This document shows, in pieces, positions 43,381-53,855 of a DNA stretch of 64,000 nucleotides. The position numbers were made by a program, and so were the translations under genes. Position 1 is the stretch's first letter. The number at the start of each line of letters is the position of its first letter. The notes beneath the pieces were generated by a model. The model did no database searches. It was not told where the DNA came from and saw only the letters and a program-made list of their open reading frames with translations. The DNA is from an uncultured Myxococcales bacterium (GTDB lineage: Bacteria > Myxococcota_A > UBA9042 > DTJE01): positions 789 through 64,788 of the forward strand of contig CAINDP010000091.1 in NCBI GenBank assembly GCA_903847405.1, in the 5' to 3' direction.

Positions 43381-43452
43381 CGTCCACGTCCACGTCTACG
43401 TCTACGTCCAAGTCCACGTGCACGTCTAGGTCCACGTCCACGTCTGCGTCCA
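43381..43452. repeat. 12-unit hexanucleotide tandem array (CGTCYA)n
   Basis: CGTCCA CGTCCA CGTCTA CGTCTA CGTCCA AGTCCA CGTGCA CGTCTA GGTCCA CGTCCA CGTCTG CGTCCA. It lies between the convergent stops at 43373 and 43468. Confidence 0.8.
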
Positions 43453-43467
43453 CGGCCTGGGGGAGGT

Positions 43468-45915
43468 TCAGCGCGAGCCAGGCGCACGGGCCGGGAACCG
43501 CGGGCCCGGCGTGCGGGTGCCCCCGACCGTCAGGATCCCGTCCTCGTCGATACGGACCGTGACATCACCGGCATCGGGGGTCGCGAACAGCGCCGCGCCG
43601 ATCGCGCCCACCCGGCGGACGGTCTCGGGGGACAGTTCGCGCAGGCGCCGGGTGCGGAAGCCCGAGATGACGGCGGTGGCAGGATGGACGGCGTCCAGGA
43701 ACGCCGGGCTGGACGCCCCCGGGCTGCCGTGGTGGCCCAGTTTCAGGACGTCCGCGCGAAGGTCGACGCCCGTGTCGACCAGCGCCTCCTCGCCCGCGGA
43801 TTCCAGGTCCCCGGTCAGCAGGATCGAGCGTCCCCGCCACGACACGCGGAAGACCAGGGAAGCCGCGTTTCCGCGGGCCGGGACGAGGGCAGGCGGCGCC
43901 AGGATCGGCGTGGAGTCCGCGCACCCGGGCAGGGCGTCCACGTCCGCCACCACGCAGCGGACAGGCACGCCGCGGGACCGGGCGTCGTCCAGGATCCCGC
44001 GCAGGGGCTCGGCCGGGGCGGCCGGACAGGACGTGACCACCTCGGCGATCGTCAGGGACCGCAGCAGCAGCGGCGTGCCGCCCACGTGATCCTCGTCGGC
44101 ATGGGTCAGGACCAGGCCGTCCAGGGCGTCGACCCCGATGGCGCGCAGCTTCGCCACCAGGCCCGAGGGGCCGTCGGCCATCCGGGCCTCGGCGGCGTCC
44201 ACCAGGAACACGCGCCCCGTCGGGCATCGGACCAGCACCGCATCCCCCTTGCCCACGTCCAGGAGGGTCACGGCCAGGGTTCCGGCAGGCGGAGGCGTCG
44301 TGGCCCGGGGAAACGACAGGACGACCGCCACGCCCAGCAGTGCCGCGCCCAGGACGGGCACCCACCCGCGCCGCAGAAGGCCCGCGATCGCCGCCAGGGT
44401 CAGGGCCATCGTCGCCGCCAGGACGACGGTCCCGGGCGCCACCAGGGCCGGAAGCACCCGCGCCTGGACCCGCTGGGTCCACAGGAAGGCGTCCAGGATC
44501 CAGCCGACGGGAGGGGACGCCCACGGCAGCGCCCCGGGCGCGACCGCGGCGACCACCAGCAGGCCCAGGGCGGCGGGCATGACCACCAGGGTGGTGGCCG
44601 GAATCGCGAAGAGGTTGGCCAGGGGACCCGCGGGACCAGTCTGCCCGAAGGCCATCAGCGTCACCGGGGTCGTCGCCAGCGTCGCGGCCAGGGAGGTGGC
44701 GGTGGCGACGATCAGGGCGCGACCCAGGCGGGCCGGGCGCGAGAGTTCATCGGCCGGACGTCCCCGCCATCGTGCGGGAACCATGCGGTCCGCCAGGGGA
44801 GGCCCCAGCACGGCCAGGCCCAGGATGGCCCCGTAGGACAGCAGGAAGGAAATCGAAAACGCGTCCGAAGGCCACGCCAGCAGCGACGCGAATCCCGTGA
44901 CCGCCACGGCCCCTTCCACGCGCTGGGGCCGCCCGCCCAGCGCCCCGACGGCCGCCACCGCGAACATCCCGGCGGAGCGCACGGCAGGCGCCGGGGATCC
45001 GGCCAGCAGGGAAACGCCCCAGGCCGCGAGGATCGATGCCCCCATGTGCCACGTCACCAGGTTCGTCGCGGGCCACGCCCGCAGCAGCAGCGGCCCCAGC
45101 AGGCGCACCACGACCAGGCCCACCAGGAAGGCCGCGGCAGCGACGTGCAGGCCGGAAACGCTGAGGACGTGGGCGGTCCCCAGCACCGCCAGGTCGGCCC
45201 GGGTGCCCGCGTCGATCCCGTTGCCCTCGCCCAGCAGGACCGCCAGCGCGAAATCGGCGGCGGACGGGGGCAGGTGCAGGCGCAGGCGCGTCGCCAGGAC
45301 GGCGCGGATCCGGTCGATCCACGAACCGGTCGGCAGGTCCGGTCCCGACAGGACGACGGCGTCCGCCGGGGCGACCAGGGCCAGGGTCGGTCGCGGAGCC
45401 GGGGACGGCCAGGCAGGCGAAATCGCCTCGGAGGGCCGGGGCGGCGGGATCCACCGGGCCCGGACCGCCAGCACCCGGCCCTCGGGCAGATCCAGGAACC
45501 CCTTGAAGCGCAGGCGGGCGCCGCCGTCCTCCGGCAGGACCACGGCGCCCGACGGGTCCGCGACGGCCCGCAGCGACACCTCGGCCACGGTGGCCAGCCG
45601 GTGACGCTGGAGGACGCGGCCCAGGCGCACCTCGGCGCGAACGGCTTCCGGGGGGGCGGGCATGCCCGCACCGGGCGGCAGGGACCCGGCGTCCATGCCG
45701 ACCCGAAGGGCGCCCAGGAGGACCAGGGCCCACAGCGGCGGAACGCTCCGGGGCAGGCGCAGGCCGCGCGCGAGCAGGGACACCCACGCCAGGATGAAGA
45801 CGAGGCTGCCTGCCGCAAGGGCGTGAGCCGGCCCCACGAGGCCCGCGCCGACGGCCCCGATCAGGATCGCCAGGAAGGCCCACAGGACGGGAGGCGTGGG
45901 AGGAGGGTTGCGCAC
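43468..45915 (-). CDS. comEC: ComEC/Rec2 DNA internalization channel with metallo-beta-lactamase domain
   Basis: 815 aa with a polytopic N-terminus. VTLLDVGKGDAVLV and LVLTHADEDHVGG (beta-lactamase fold). LKLGHHGS. Confidence 0.85.
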   Translation of the reverse strand: MRNPPPTPPVLWAFLAILIGAVGAGLVGPAHALAAGSLVFILAWVSLLARGLRLPRSVPPLWALVLLGALRVGMDAGSLPPGAGMPAPPEAVRAEVRLGRVLQRHRLATVAEVSLRAVADPSGAVVLPEDGGARLRFKGFLDLPEGRVLAVRARWIPPPRPSEAISPAWPSPAPRPTLALVAPADAVVLSGPDLPTGSWIDRIRAVLATRLRLHLPPSAADFALAVLLGEGNGIDAGTRADLAVLGTAHVLSVSGLHVAAAAFLVGLVVVRLLGPLLLRAWPATNLVTWHMGASILAAWGVSLLAGSPAPAVRSAGMFAVAAVGALGGRPQRVEGAVAVTGFASLLAWPSDAFSISFLLSYGAILGLAVLGPPLADRMVPARWRGRPADELSRPARLGRALIVATATSLAATLATTPVTLMAFGQTGPAGPLANLFAIPATTLVVMPAALGLLVVAAVAPGALPWASPPVGWILDAFLWTQRVQARVLPALVAPGTVVLAATMALTLAAIAGLLRRGWVPVLGAALLGVAVVLSFPRATTPPPAGTLAVTLLDVGKGDAVLVRCPTGRVFLVDAAEARMADGPSGLVAKLRAIGVDALDGLVLTHADEDHVGGTPLLLRSLTIAEVVTSCPAAPAEPLRGILDDARSRGVPVRCVVADVDALPGCADSTPILAPPALVPARGNAASLVFRVSWRGRSILLTGDLESAGEEALVDTGVDLRADVLKLGHHGSPGASSPAFLDAVHPATAVISGFRTRRLRELSPETVRRVGAIGAALFATPDAGDVTVRIDEDGILTVGGTRTPGPRFPARAPGSR

Positions 45916-45971
45916 GCGTCATGATCGACGCCGCGGCCCAGGCGTTTCACGGGCCGGGCGCCCGGGCCGAA

Positions 45972-47171
45972 TCAGGCCTCGTCCACGCGGAACAGGGGCA
46001 GGCGCAGGACCTGCACCATCAGGAACCCCAGCACGAACCCCATCGCCACGCTGTTCAGCGCCAGGCAGGCCCCCGCGGTCAGGATCATCGCGAAGGCATC
46101 CGGCCGGCGCGTCTGGTCGCGGGTCACCAGGGCCAGTTCCATCCCGCTGAAGGCCAGCATCACCCCCAGGAGGCTGGCCGGGAACGCCTTGCACAGGGCC
46201 ATCAGCGAGGCCCCGAACACCACGGCCACGACCATCTTGACCCCGCCCAGGAACAGGATCGAGCCGTTGGTGCGGGCTCCAAAGCGGTACTGGCCCGCGA
46301 TGCCGCCCGCCCCGTGGCACATGGGCATGCCGCCGAACCAGCCGGCCACCAGGTTCATGATGCCGACGGAAATGGCCACCCGACGGGCCGGGACCGCCCG
46401 GTCCGGGAACAGGTCCCCCGACAGCGCGCACACCGCCACCACCGAGTTCAGCATCGTCAGCGGGATCTGGGGCAGGGCCGCCTTCGGGAAGGCACTGACG
46501 AAATCCTCCCAGGCCGGGGGCGACCAGGCCGGCAGCGAAATCCCCAGCCCCAACTGGTCCACCACGGTCGGCTCCCGCAGGATCGCCAGGACGACGCCCG
46601 CCCCGAACAGGACCAGGGCGGCCGGCACGCGGCGCGAAAAGAACAGGGCCAGCACGACCAGCGTGGCCAGGGCGCCGGTGATCCAACTGTCCAGGCCCAC
46701 CGCGCCCCCCGTCCCGGCGACCATCTGGAGGCCCTTCATCAGCAGCGACAGCCCCAGTGCCAGTTGGAGTCCCCGGACCACGCTCTTCGGGACCACGCGC
46801 CCCACCCAGTCGATCAGCCCGGTGACGCCCAGCAGGAAGACGACGGCGCTGACCGTGATGCCCGCCGCCAGGATTTCCGGGGCGGTCAGGCCCTCGGTCA
46901 AGGCGACGGCCGCGATGGCCTTCATGGGCTGGACGGCCATGGGGACCGCGAAGACCAGCCCCGTGACCACGTTGAACAACCCGGCGAAGAACAGCGACGC
47001 GGCGAAGTCCAGGCCGTTCTGCGAGGCCATGCCCACCAGCAGCGGGAGGAACGTCCCCAGGTCGCCCAGCGATCCCGCGATTTCGTGCCGGTCCAGGCGC
47101 GCCTGCCCCAGCGTCCTGCGGACATTGTTCCACCACGAAACCGGGAATCCCCGCGGCATGTGCGACGCCAT
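45972..47171 (-). CDS. MOT1/SulP-like putative molybdate or sulfate transporter
   Basis: ATG at 47171 (alternative 47159). EIAGSLGDLGTFLPLLVGM and MPMCHGAGGIAGQYRFGART motifs. Polytopic. Confidence 0.7.
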   Translation of the reverse strand: MASHMPRGFPVSWWNNVRRTLGQARLDRHEIAGSLGDLGTFLPLLVGMASQNGLDFAASLFFAGLFNVVTGLVFAVPMAVQPMKAIAAVALTEGLTAPEILAAGITVSAVVFLLGVTGLIDWVGRVVPKSVVRGLQLALGLSLLMKGLQMVAGTGGAVGLDSWITGALATLVVLALFFSRRVPAALVLFGAGVVLAILREPTVVDQLGLGISLPAWSPPAWEDFVSAFPKAALPQIPLTMLNSVVAVCALSGDLFPDRAVPARRVAISVGIMNLVAGWFGGMPMCHGAGGIAGQYRFGARTNGSILFLGGVKMVVAVVFGASLMALCKAFPASLLGVMLAFSGMELALVTRDQTRRPDAFAMILTAGACLALNSVAMGFVLGFLMVQVLRLPLFRVDEA

Positions 47172-47255
47172 CCTTCGCCGGAAGCCAGACGGGAGTGTGG
47201 ACCGAACCCCCCGGGGATGGCAAGGCGGGTCGGCGGCAGGATAAGATGCGACACG

Positions 47256-47915
47256 ATGAACGCCGATCTCCCCGCGATGTTCCTGCTGGGCCTGACAGGC
47301 ACCGTCCATTGTGCCGCCATGTGCGGCCCCCTGGTGGTTGCGCTGGCCGGGACGTCCCGCGGCTGGAGCGCCCTGGCCTACCACGCCGGCCGCATCACCA
47401 CCTACACGATCCTGGGCGGACTGCTGGGGGCGATCGGCCAACAACTGGGGGACGGAACGCCGACCGGCGCGATGGGTCCCACGATGCACGCCCAGGTGGT
47501 GCTGTCGCTGGTGTCGGCAGGCCTGCTGCTGTGGCTGGGCCTGGCGCGGCTGGGGATCCTGCGGGAACCGGGGTTCCTGTCGAACCCGATCAGCCTGTTC
47601 GGCCGCGCGGGGCGTGCCCTCCGGACCGGGGGCGCGCCGGGGCTGCTGGTTCTGGGATTGCTGCTGGGCCTGCTGCCCTGCGGGCTGTCCTGGGCCGCGT
47701 TCGCCCGGGCGCTGGCCGGCGGTTCGGCGTCGGAGGGCGCGCTGCTGGTGCTGGCCTTCGGCATCGGGACCCTGCCGGGGCTGATCCTGGTGGGCACCGG
47801 GGCGGCCGCCCTGGCCCGCCGACATGCCCGGCTGGCGGACATCCTGGCCGGGATCCTCCTGGTGGGAATGGCCGTGTCGCTGCTGGCCGAGGCCGTCCCG
47901 ACCCTGCTGTCGTGA
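47256..47915 (+). CDS. DsbD_2 / TauE-SafE-like membrane protein with HCxxMCGP motif
   Basis: ATG at 47256. GTVHCAAMCGP in TM1 and LLPCGLSW in a later TM. 219 aa. Confidence 0.7.
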   Translation: MNADLPAMFLLGLTGTVHCAAMCGPLVVALAGTSRGWSALAYHAGRITTYTILGGLLGAIGQQLGDGTPTGAMGPTMHAQVVLSLVSAGLLLWLGLARLGILREPGFLSNPISLFGRAGRALRTGGAPGLLVLGLLLGLLPCGLSWAAFARALAGGSASEGALLVLAFGIGTLPGLILVGTGAAALARRHARLADILAGILLVGMAVSLLAEAVPTLLS

Positions 47916-47933
47916 GCCCCTGGAGGTGACCCC

Positions 47934-50687
47934 ATGCGCCGCCCGAACCTGGTCGTCGCCGCCGCCCTCGCCGCCCTCGCCTGCCCCGGGGTCTTCGGGG
48001 CCTGCGACGGCAAGAACTCGACGGGGCGTCCGCACGTCCCGGGCGCCGTGGACCTCGACCGCTGGGACCCGTCGTTCTACCGCGCCGCCGAGTTGTCGCT
48101 GGACGGCCCGTGGCTGTTCCGGAAGGACCCGGACCGCCAGGGCGACCTGATGGGCCTGGCGCAGCCGGGTTCGGAAACACACTACGACGCCACAATCACC
48201 GTCCCCTACCCGTGGCAGTCCGCCCTTTCGGGGATCGGCGGGCCCGCACCGGCCACCTATGCCATGAAGGGCTCCGAGGCCGTCCTGCAGACCTATCGCG
48301 GCACGGCCTGGTATGCCCGGACCGTCGAGGTGCCGGCCGACTTCCCCGCCGCCGGGCGCACGTTCCTGCGGTTCGGCGCGGTGGACTGGAAGGCGCGGGT
48401 GTTCGTGGACGGGACACCGGCCGGCGGGCACGAGGGCGGGTACGACCCGTTTGAAATCGACGTCACGCGATGGGCAACGCCCGGAGGCAGTTTCTACGTC
48501 GCGGTCGAGGCCGTCGATCCCTGCGACGGGGACGCCGGGATCCTGACGGGCAAGCAGGGAGGCGCCTGGTACACCTGCGGGGGCGGGATCTGGCAGTCCG
48601 TCACGCTGCTGGCGCGGCCGGTCACGCACGTCGCCCGGGTGCGCGATGTTCCGGGCACCACCGCGGGAGCCCTGGCCACGACGGTGACGGTCCGCGGGGA
48701 CGGGGGCCAGGCGAGCGTCCGGGTGACCTGGGAGTGCATGGACCCTGCCTGCCCCGTGGCTTGCGGCGCCACGTCCGCCAGCGTCACGGTCATCGCAACG
48801 CCGGAGGGCACGTCGGTGGACATCCCGGTCCAGGTGCCGGCCGCCGACGAATGGTCCCCCGAATCCCCGTGCCTGGTCGGCCGGGTCATCGAGGTGACCG
48901 ACGCCGCGGGCGCGACCGACACGGTGAACGGGTACTTCGGGGCCCGGCGCATCCGCACCGCCGCGGTGCCGGGCATCGATGCCGACAGCGCGCCGCAGCC
49001 CTGGAGTGGCATCCTGGTCAACGACCGGATGGTCTATGTCCGGGCCGCGCTGGACCAGGCCTACCACCCCGACGGCATCCTGCAGTACCCCTCGCCGACG
49101 GCCCGCCGGGAGGATCTGGCCTTCCTGAAGCGGTCCGGGTTCAACACGGTGCGCATCCACATCAAGCCCGAGGAGCCGCGGGTCTACGCGATGGCCGACG
49201 CGCTGGGCCTGTTCGTGATCTACGACCTGCCGACGCCTGCGCCCTCGAGGCTGCCGGCGCCGGGCGCCCCCTGGAACGCCACCTTCGACCACCTGCTGGA
49301 GGCCGCGATCGCCCGGGACGCCAACCACCCGTCGATCCTCTGGTGGGTCGTGTTCAACGAGGCCTGGGGCCTCAGCACACCGGGATTCTGGACGACCGAC
49401 GAGGGCATCGCCTTCGTGAAGTCCCGCTGGCTGAAGGCGAAGGAACTGGACCCGACGCGCCCGGTCGAGGACAACTCGCCCACGCTGTACGACGCGCACG
49501 CGCAGTCGGACCTGGCGACGTGGCACGCATACTCGTCGGACATCCCGTTCTTCGAGGAGATGGTGTCGATGCTGGAACCCGGCATGACCGCCGGCGGGGC
49601 GACGCTGCTGTACGGGGCCGATGCCTGGACAGGCCAGCCCTGGATCAACACCGAGTTCGGCGGCCTGTCCGCGATGGATTCGAAGGGCGACCACGGATTC
49701 CTGATCCACGGGTTGATGAACGTGCTGCGTCGCCACGCGGCGCTGGTCGGGTACGTGTTCACCGAAGCCTACGACGTGGAATGGGAGCACAACGGCCTGA
49801 TGACCTACGACCGGCGCCCGAAGGATTTCGGGCTGGACGAGCTGGGCCTGTCGCTGGCGGACATCTTCGGCGAAGCCTACCTGGTCCTGGGCATGGAGCC
49901 GATCGTCGCCGCCCGGCCGGGCGCCGTGGTGACCCTGCCGGCGGGACTGTCGACCCCGGTGACCCTGGACGCGACGACGATGGACGTGGAACTGCGCCGG
50001 CGCGACGGGACCGTGATGACGGCCGCGACCCTGCCGGTGACCCGGTGCGGGCCGGGAACCACGTCCCTGCCCGACGTCACGGCGACGCTGCCCGACGGGA
50101 ACGAGGTCTACGTGCTGGCCGCGCAGGTGAAGGCGGGCGACCGGGTGCTGGCGAAGAACGCCGCTTACGTCGTGGCCGACGGTGGCCTCGAAACCGAGGA
50201 CCCGACGGGCCAGGCGCGGCTGGAACAGTGGGGCGGCTGGATCGACGGCGGGCTGGGCAGTTGCGCCTTTGGCGCCTGCTGGTGCCAGGGCGACTGCTCG
50301 TTCACTTACACGCTGTACGGGTTGGGGTATGGCCGGCGCCACCTGCGCCTGGTGGCCGAGGTCGCGGCGCACGATCCCGACATGCCGCAGACCGACGAAC
50401 GCCTGTTCCCGTCACGCCTGGAGGTCGAGGTCGACGGCGAGCGCCTGGCGTCCGTGGACCTGCCCGACGCGCCCAACGATCACCGCGGCGTACTGTCCCT
50501 GTCCCGCTCGTACACCGCCCTCCGAGGCTCGTACGGGCAGGTGGTCCGGCTGGACCTGGGGACCCGGGACGTCCCCGACGTGATCACGGTGCGGCTACGG
50601 GGAATCGGGGGCGGGCTGACGATCTTCGGGCGCGACGGGGGCCGGACCCTCGAATCCCCTCGGATCGAGTGGGAAAACGCGCCATAG
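47934..50687 (+). CDS. glycoside hydrolase family 2-like lipoprotein
   Basis: Signal AAALAALACPGVFGAC. FGAVDWKARVFVDGTPAGGHEGGYDPFEIDVT (GH2 sugar-binding). NTVRIH and NHPSILWWVVFNEAWG (TIM barrel with acid/base NE). Confidence 0.75.
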   Translation: MRRPNLVVAAALAALACPGVFGACDGKNSTGRPHVPGAVDLDRWDPSFYRAAELSLDGPWLFRKDPDRQGDLMGLAQPGSETHYDATITVPYPWQSALSGIGGPAPATYAMKGSEAVLQTYRGTAWYARTVEVPADFPAAGRTFLRFGAVDWKARVFVDGTPAGGHEGGYDPFEIDVTRWATPGGSFYVAVEAVDPCDGDAGILTGKQGGAWYTCGGGIWQSVTLLARPVTHVARVRDVPGTTAGALATTVTVRGDGGQASVRVTWECMDPACPVACGATSASVTVIATPEGTSVDIPVQVPAADEWSPESPCLVGRVIEVTDAAGATDTVNGYFGARRIRTAAVPGIDADSAPQPWSGILVNDRMVYVRAALDQAYHPDGILQYPSPTARREDLAFLKRSGFNTVRIHIKPEEPRVYAMADALGLFVIYDLPTPAPSRLPAPGAPWNATFDHLLEAAIARDANHPSILWWVVFNEAWGLSTPGFWTTDEGIAFVKSRWLKAKELDPTRPVEDNSPTLYDAHAQSDLATWHAYSSDIPFFEEMVSMLEPGMTAGGATLLYGADAWTGQPWINTEFGGLSAMDSKGDHGFLIHGLMNVLRRHAALVGYVFTEAYDVEWEHNGLMTYDRRPKDFGLDELGLSLADIFGEAYLVLGMEPIVAARPGAVVTLPAGLSTPVTLDATTMDVELRRRDGTVMTAATLPVTRCGPGTTSLPDVTATLPDGNEVYVLAAQVKAGDRVLAKNAAYVVADGGLETEDPTGQARLEQWGGWIDGGLGSCAFGACWCQGDCSFTYTLYGLGYGRRHLRLVAEVAAHDPDMPQTDERLFPSRLEVEVDGERLASVDLPDAPNDHRGVLSLSRSYTALRGSYGQVVRLDLGTRDVPDVITVRLRGIGGGLTIFGRDGGRTLESPRIEWENAP

Positions 50688-50769
50688 GGGGAGCTCGAAT
50701 GCCCTCGGGACTACAATCAACATTCGGGTCGATACGATCCAGGTTTCCAACCGGCGACAGGGAGACGTC

Positions 50770-51330
50770 ATGAAGGGAATCATCTTCAATCTTCTGGAGG
50801 ATTTCATCGTCGAGAACCTGGGCGACGAGGCCCTCGAGGAGATCCTGGCCGGGACCGGGCTGCGGACGACCGAACCCTTCGTGGGCCCCGGCTCCTACCC
50901 CGACGAAGACCTGATGGCCCTGGTCGCCCAGGTGGTGGAACGGATGGGCATCCCGACCGACGAGGCGCTCCGGGCCTTCGGCCGGTTCTGCATCCCGCCG
51001 CTGGTCCGCCGGTTCCCGGGCTTCGTGACCCCGCACTCCCACCCGAAGGATTTCCTACTGACGGTGGACGCCTTCCACAGCACCGAAATCAACAAGCTGT
51101 TCGAGGGAGCGCAATGCCCCAGGTTCCATTACGAGTCGCCGGCGCCCGACCGCCTGATCATGCGGTATGAATCGGAACGCCGCCTGTGCGCCCTGGTCGA
51201 GGGACTGCTGGAGGGCGTGGCAACCCACTTCGACGTTCCGATCCGTCACTCGCAGACGGCCTGCATGCTGCACGGCGACCCGGCGTGCGTCTTCGACCTG
51301 ACCTTCCTCCCGCCACCGGGGACGCCATGA
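50770..51330 (+). CDS. hnoX: H-NOX (heme nitric oxide/oxygen binding) sensor protein
   Basis: [19 protein letters not shown]-terminus, a proximal His candidate in DAFHSTE, and a Y-x-S-x-R motif (MRYESERR). 186 aa. Confidence 0.85.
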   Translation: MKGIIFNLLEDFIVENLGDEALEEILAGTGLRTTEPFVGPGSYPDEDLMALVAQVVERMGIPTDEALRAFGRFCIPPLVRRFPGFVTPHSHPKDFLLTVDAFHSTEINKLFEGAQCPRFHYESPAPDRLIMRYESERRLCALVEGLLEGVATHFDVPIRHSQTACMLHGDPACVFDLTFLPPPGTP

Positions 51331-53855
51331 CGACGTCCGAACTCCTCGAGCAGCGCCTGGCGCGGACCCAGCGCAAGGTCGAAATCCTGGAGGCCCTGAT
51401 CGAGGACCGGACCCGGGACGTCTACCTGGCGCAGCAGGTGCTGCGAGCCAGCGAGGAGATGTTCCGGGGCCTGTTCGAAAGTTCCCGGGACGCCATCATG
51501 ACGCTGGAACCACCGACCTGGGAGTACACGTCGGCGAATCCGGCAACCCTCACGATGTTCGGCGCCCGAACCATCGACGAATTCGTGGCCCTTCAATTGC
51601 GGCAGGTGTCGCCCCTGATCCAGCCGGATGGTCGCGCCTCGGCGGAAAAGGCCGGGGAAATGATCGGCCACGCGATGCGCGAGGGGTTCCACTTCTTCGA
51701 GTGGACGCATCGGCGGATCACCGGCGAGGTGTTTCCGACCACGGTGCTGCTGACCCGTGTGGAACTGGCGGGCAAGCAGTTCCTGCAGGCGACGGTTCGC
51801 GACATCACCGAAAGCAAGCGCGTGGAACAGGAGCTCATCCTGGCCCGCACGGCCGCCGAGGAGGCCAGCCGGGCCAAGAGCGAATTCCTGGCGAACATGA
51901 GCCACGAGATCCGGACGCCCATGAACGGCGTCCTGGGCATGACGGAACTGCTGCTGGACACCCCCCTGTCCCGCGAGCAGGGCGAGTACGCCCGTGCGGT
52001 CAAGTCGTCGGCCGAGGCGCTGCTGGGAGTGATCAACGACATCCTGGACTTTTCGAAGATCGAGGCCCAGCGCATCGACCTGGACCCCATCGATTTCCAC
52101 CTGCGGGACTGCCTGCACGAACTGCTGCAGACCCTGGCGTCCCGGGCCGGCGACAAGGGCCTGGAACTGGCCTTCCACGTCCCGGCCGACGTGCCCGACC
52201 GCGTGGTCGGCGACGCGGGCCGCCTGCGGCAGATCCTGGTGAACCTGGTCGGGAACGCGATCAAGTTCACGGCCCACGGCGAAGTGGTCGTCACCGTGAC
52301 GAAGGAACAGGAGTCCGAGGACGAGGTGTTCCTGCGGTTCGACGTGACCGACACGGGCATCGGCATCCCGGCCGACAAGTTGGGCAAGGTGTTCGAGGCC
52401 TTCTCGCAGGCCGACGCATCGACAACGCGCCGGTATGGCGGCACCGGCCTGGGGCTGACGATCTCCAAGCGCCTCATCGAACTGATGGGTGGGGAGATCG
52501 GGCTGGAAAGCGAAGTCGGGCGCGGCAGCACCTTCCATTTCACCGCCCGGTTCGGACTGCGGGAAGGGCCGGTGCGGCTGTCGATCCCGGCCCGCCTGGA
52601 CAGCCTTCAGGGCCTGCCGGTCCTGGTGGTGGACGACAACGGTACGAACCGGCGCATCCTGTCGGAAATGCTGCGCAACTGGGGCTTCCGGCCCACCGTC
52701 GCCGAGGACGCCGACCGTGCCCTGGAAGCCCTGGCCCAGGCCAACGCCGACGGCGATGCCTTCCGACTGGTGCTGCTGGACGCCAACATGCCGGGCATGG
52801 ACGGGTTCGAACTGGCCGAGCGGATCCGGACGACTCCCGGGGCCGCCCCCTGCCTGATGATGATGCTGACGTCGGCGGGGCGGCGGGGGGACGCGGCCCG
52901 CTGCCGGGAACTGGGAATCGCGGTCTACCTGACCAAGCCCATCTCGCAATCGTCGCTGCTGGACGCGACGATGACCCTGTTCGGCGCCCAGGACGCGGCC
53001 GGGACGGCACCGCCCGCCCTCGTCACCCGTCACTCGCTGCGGGAGGGCCAACGCGCGCTGAAGGTGCTGCTGGCCGAGGACAACGAGGTCAACCAGCGGT
53101 ACGCCAGCCGCCTGCTGGAACGACGCGGCCACGAGGTGGTCGTGGCCTTCGACGGACGGCAGGCGCTGGCCCAACTGGATGCGCCGGCGGCCCGGCCCTT
53201 CGACCTGGTGTTGATGGACGTGCAGATGCCGGAAATGGACGGCTTCGAGGCGACGGCCGCCCTGAGGGCCCGGGAGGCGGGGTCCTCCAGGCACATGCCC
53301 GTGATCGCCCTGACCGCCCACGCGATGAAGGGCGATCGGGAACGTTGCCTGGCCGGGGGTTTCGACGATTACGTGTCCAAGCCGGTCCAGCCCGACGCGC
53401 TGTTCGATGCCATCGATCGCGTTGTCCGCCTCCGACCTGCCGATGGCCCGGAGCCGGCGGGCGTCGTGGCATTGTCGGCCCAATCGCGGTCTTCCCATCC
53501 CGGGGACGATGACGTCCTGGACCGCGCCAGCCTGCTGGCCCGCTTTGACGGCGACGGCGACCTCCTGGCCGAACTGGCGGACCTGTTCCGCGCCAGCGCG
53601 CCGGCCCTGGTGGCCGAGGTCCGGAACGCGGCGGCCCGGGGCGACGCGCCGGGGTTGACCCGGGCCGCACACACCTTGCGGGGCATGGTGGGCAATTTCG
53701 GAGCGCCGCGGGCCGTGGGCCTGGCGCAGGACATCGAAGACCGCGGAAGGGAAGGAAACCTGGCCGATGCGGAAGCCCGGGCCGCGGACCTGGAACGGGC
53801 GGTTTCGCGTCTTGCAGCACGTTTGGAGGCCCTCGTCGCGGAGGTCGTCCCGTGA
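51327..53855 (+). CDS. hybrid sensor histidine kinase (coiled coil-PAS-HisKA-HATPase-REC-REC-Hpt)
   Basis: ATGA overlap with the hnoX stop. H-box [15 protein letters not shown]. HATPase motifs [16 protein letters not shown] and GGTGLGL. Two receiver domains ([24 protein letters not shown]). C-terminal Hpt [12 protein letters not shown]. Confidence 0.9.
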   Translation: MTTSELLEQRLARTQRKVEILEALIEDRTRDVYLAQQVLRASEEMFRGLFESSRDAIMTLEPPTWEYTSANPATLTMFGARTIDEFVALQLRQVSPLIQPDGRASAEKAGEMIGHAMREGFHFFEWTHRRITGEVFPTTVLLTRVELAGKQFLQATVRDITESKRVEQELILARTAAEEASRAKSEFLANMSHEIRTPMNGVLGMTELLLDTPLSREQGEYARAVKSSAEALLGVINDILDFSKIEAQRIDLDPIDFHLRDCLHELLQTLASRAGDKGLELAFHVPADVPDRVVGDAGRLRQILVNLVGNAIKFTAHGEVVVTVTKEQESEDEVFLRFDVTDTGIGIPADKLGKVFEAFSQADASTTRRYGGTGLGLTISKRLIELMGGEIGLESEVGRGSTFHFTARFGLREGPVRLSIPARLDSLQGLPVLVVDDNGTNRRILSEMLRNWGFRPTVAEDADRALEALAQANADGDAFRLVLLDANMPGMDGFELAERIRTTPGAAPCLMMMLTSAGRRGDAARCRELGIAVYLTKPISQSSLLDATMTLFGAQDAAGTAPPALVTRHSLREGQRALKVLLAEDNEVNQRYASRLLERRGHEVVVAFDGRQALAQLDAPAARPFDLVLMDVQMPEMDGFEATAALRAREAGSSRHMPVIALTAHAMKGDRERCLAGGFDDYVSKPVQPDALFDAIDRVVRLRPADGPEPAGVVALSAQSRSSHPGDDDVLDRASLLARFDGDGDLLAELADLFRASAPALVAEVRNAAARGDAPGLTRAAHTLRGMVGNFGAPRAVGLAQDIEDRGREGNLADAEARAADLERAVSRLAARLEALVAEVVP

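Noticed and set aside
43374-43530. In-frame (Ser-Thr)n tract immediately after the TAG stop of the giant lipoprotein (RASSTSTSTSTSKSTCTSRSTSTSAST...), which would suggest stop-codon read-through or a decayed C-terminal extension.
   Set aside because: The hexamer array has only three frames (Thr-Ser, Arg-Pro, Val-His), so a 1-in-3 chance explains the frame. The sister array at 13593 is not in a comparable frame, and the extension would run antisense into comEC.
47172-47255. Possible molybdenum-cofactor riboswitch upstream of the MOT1-like transporter gene.
   Set aside because: Only 84 nt separate it from the divergent gene, which is shorter than the Moco RNA motif as I remember it. I could not recognise its conserved elements by eye. 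An Rfam/Infernal scan would settle it.
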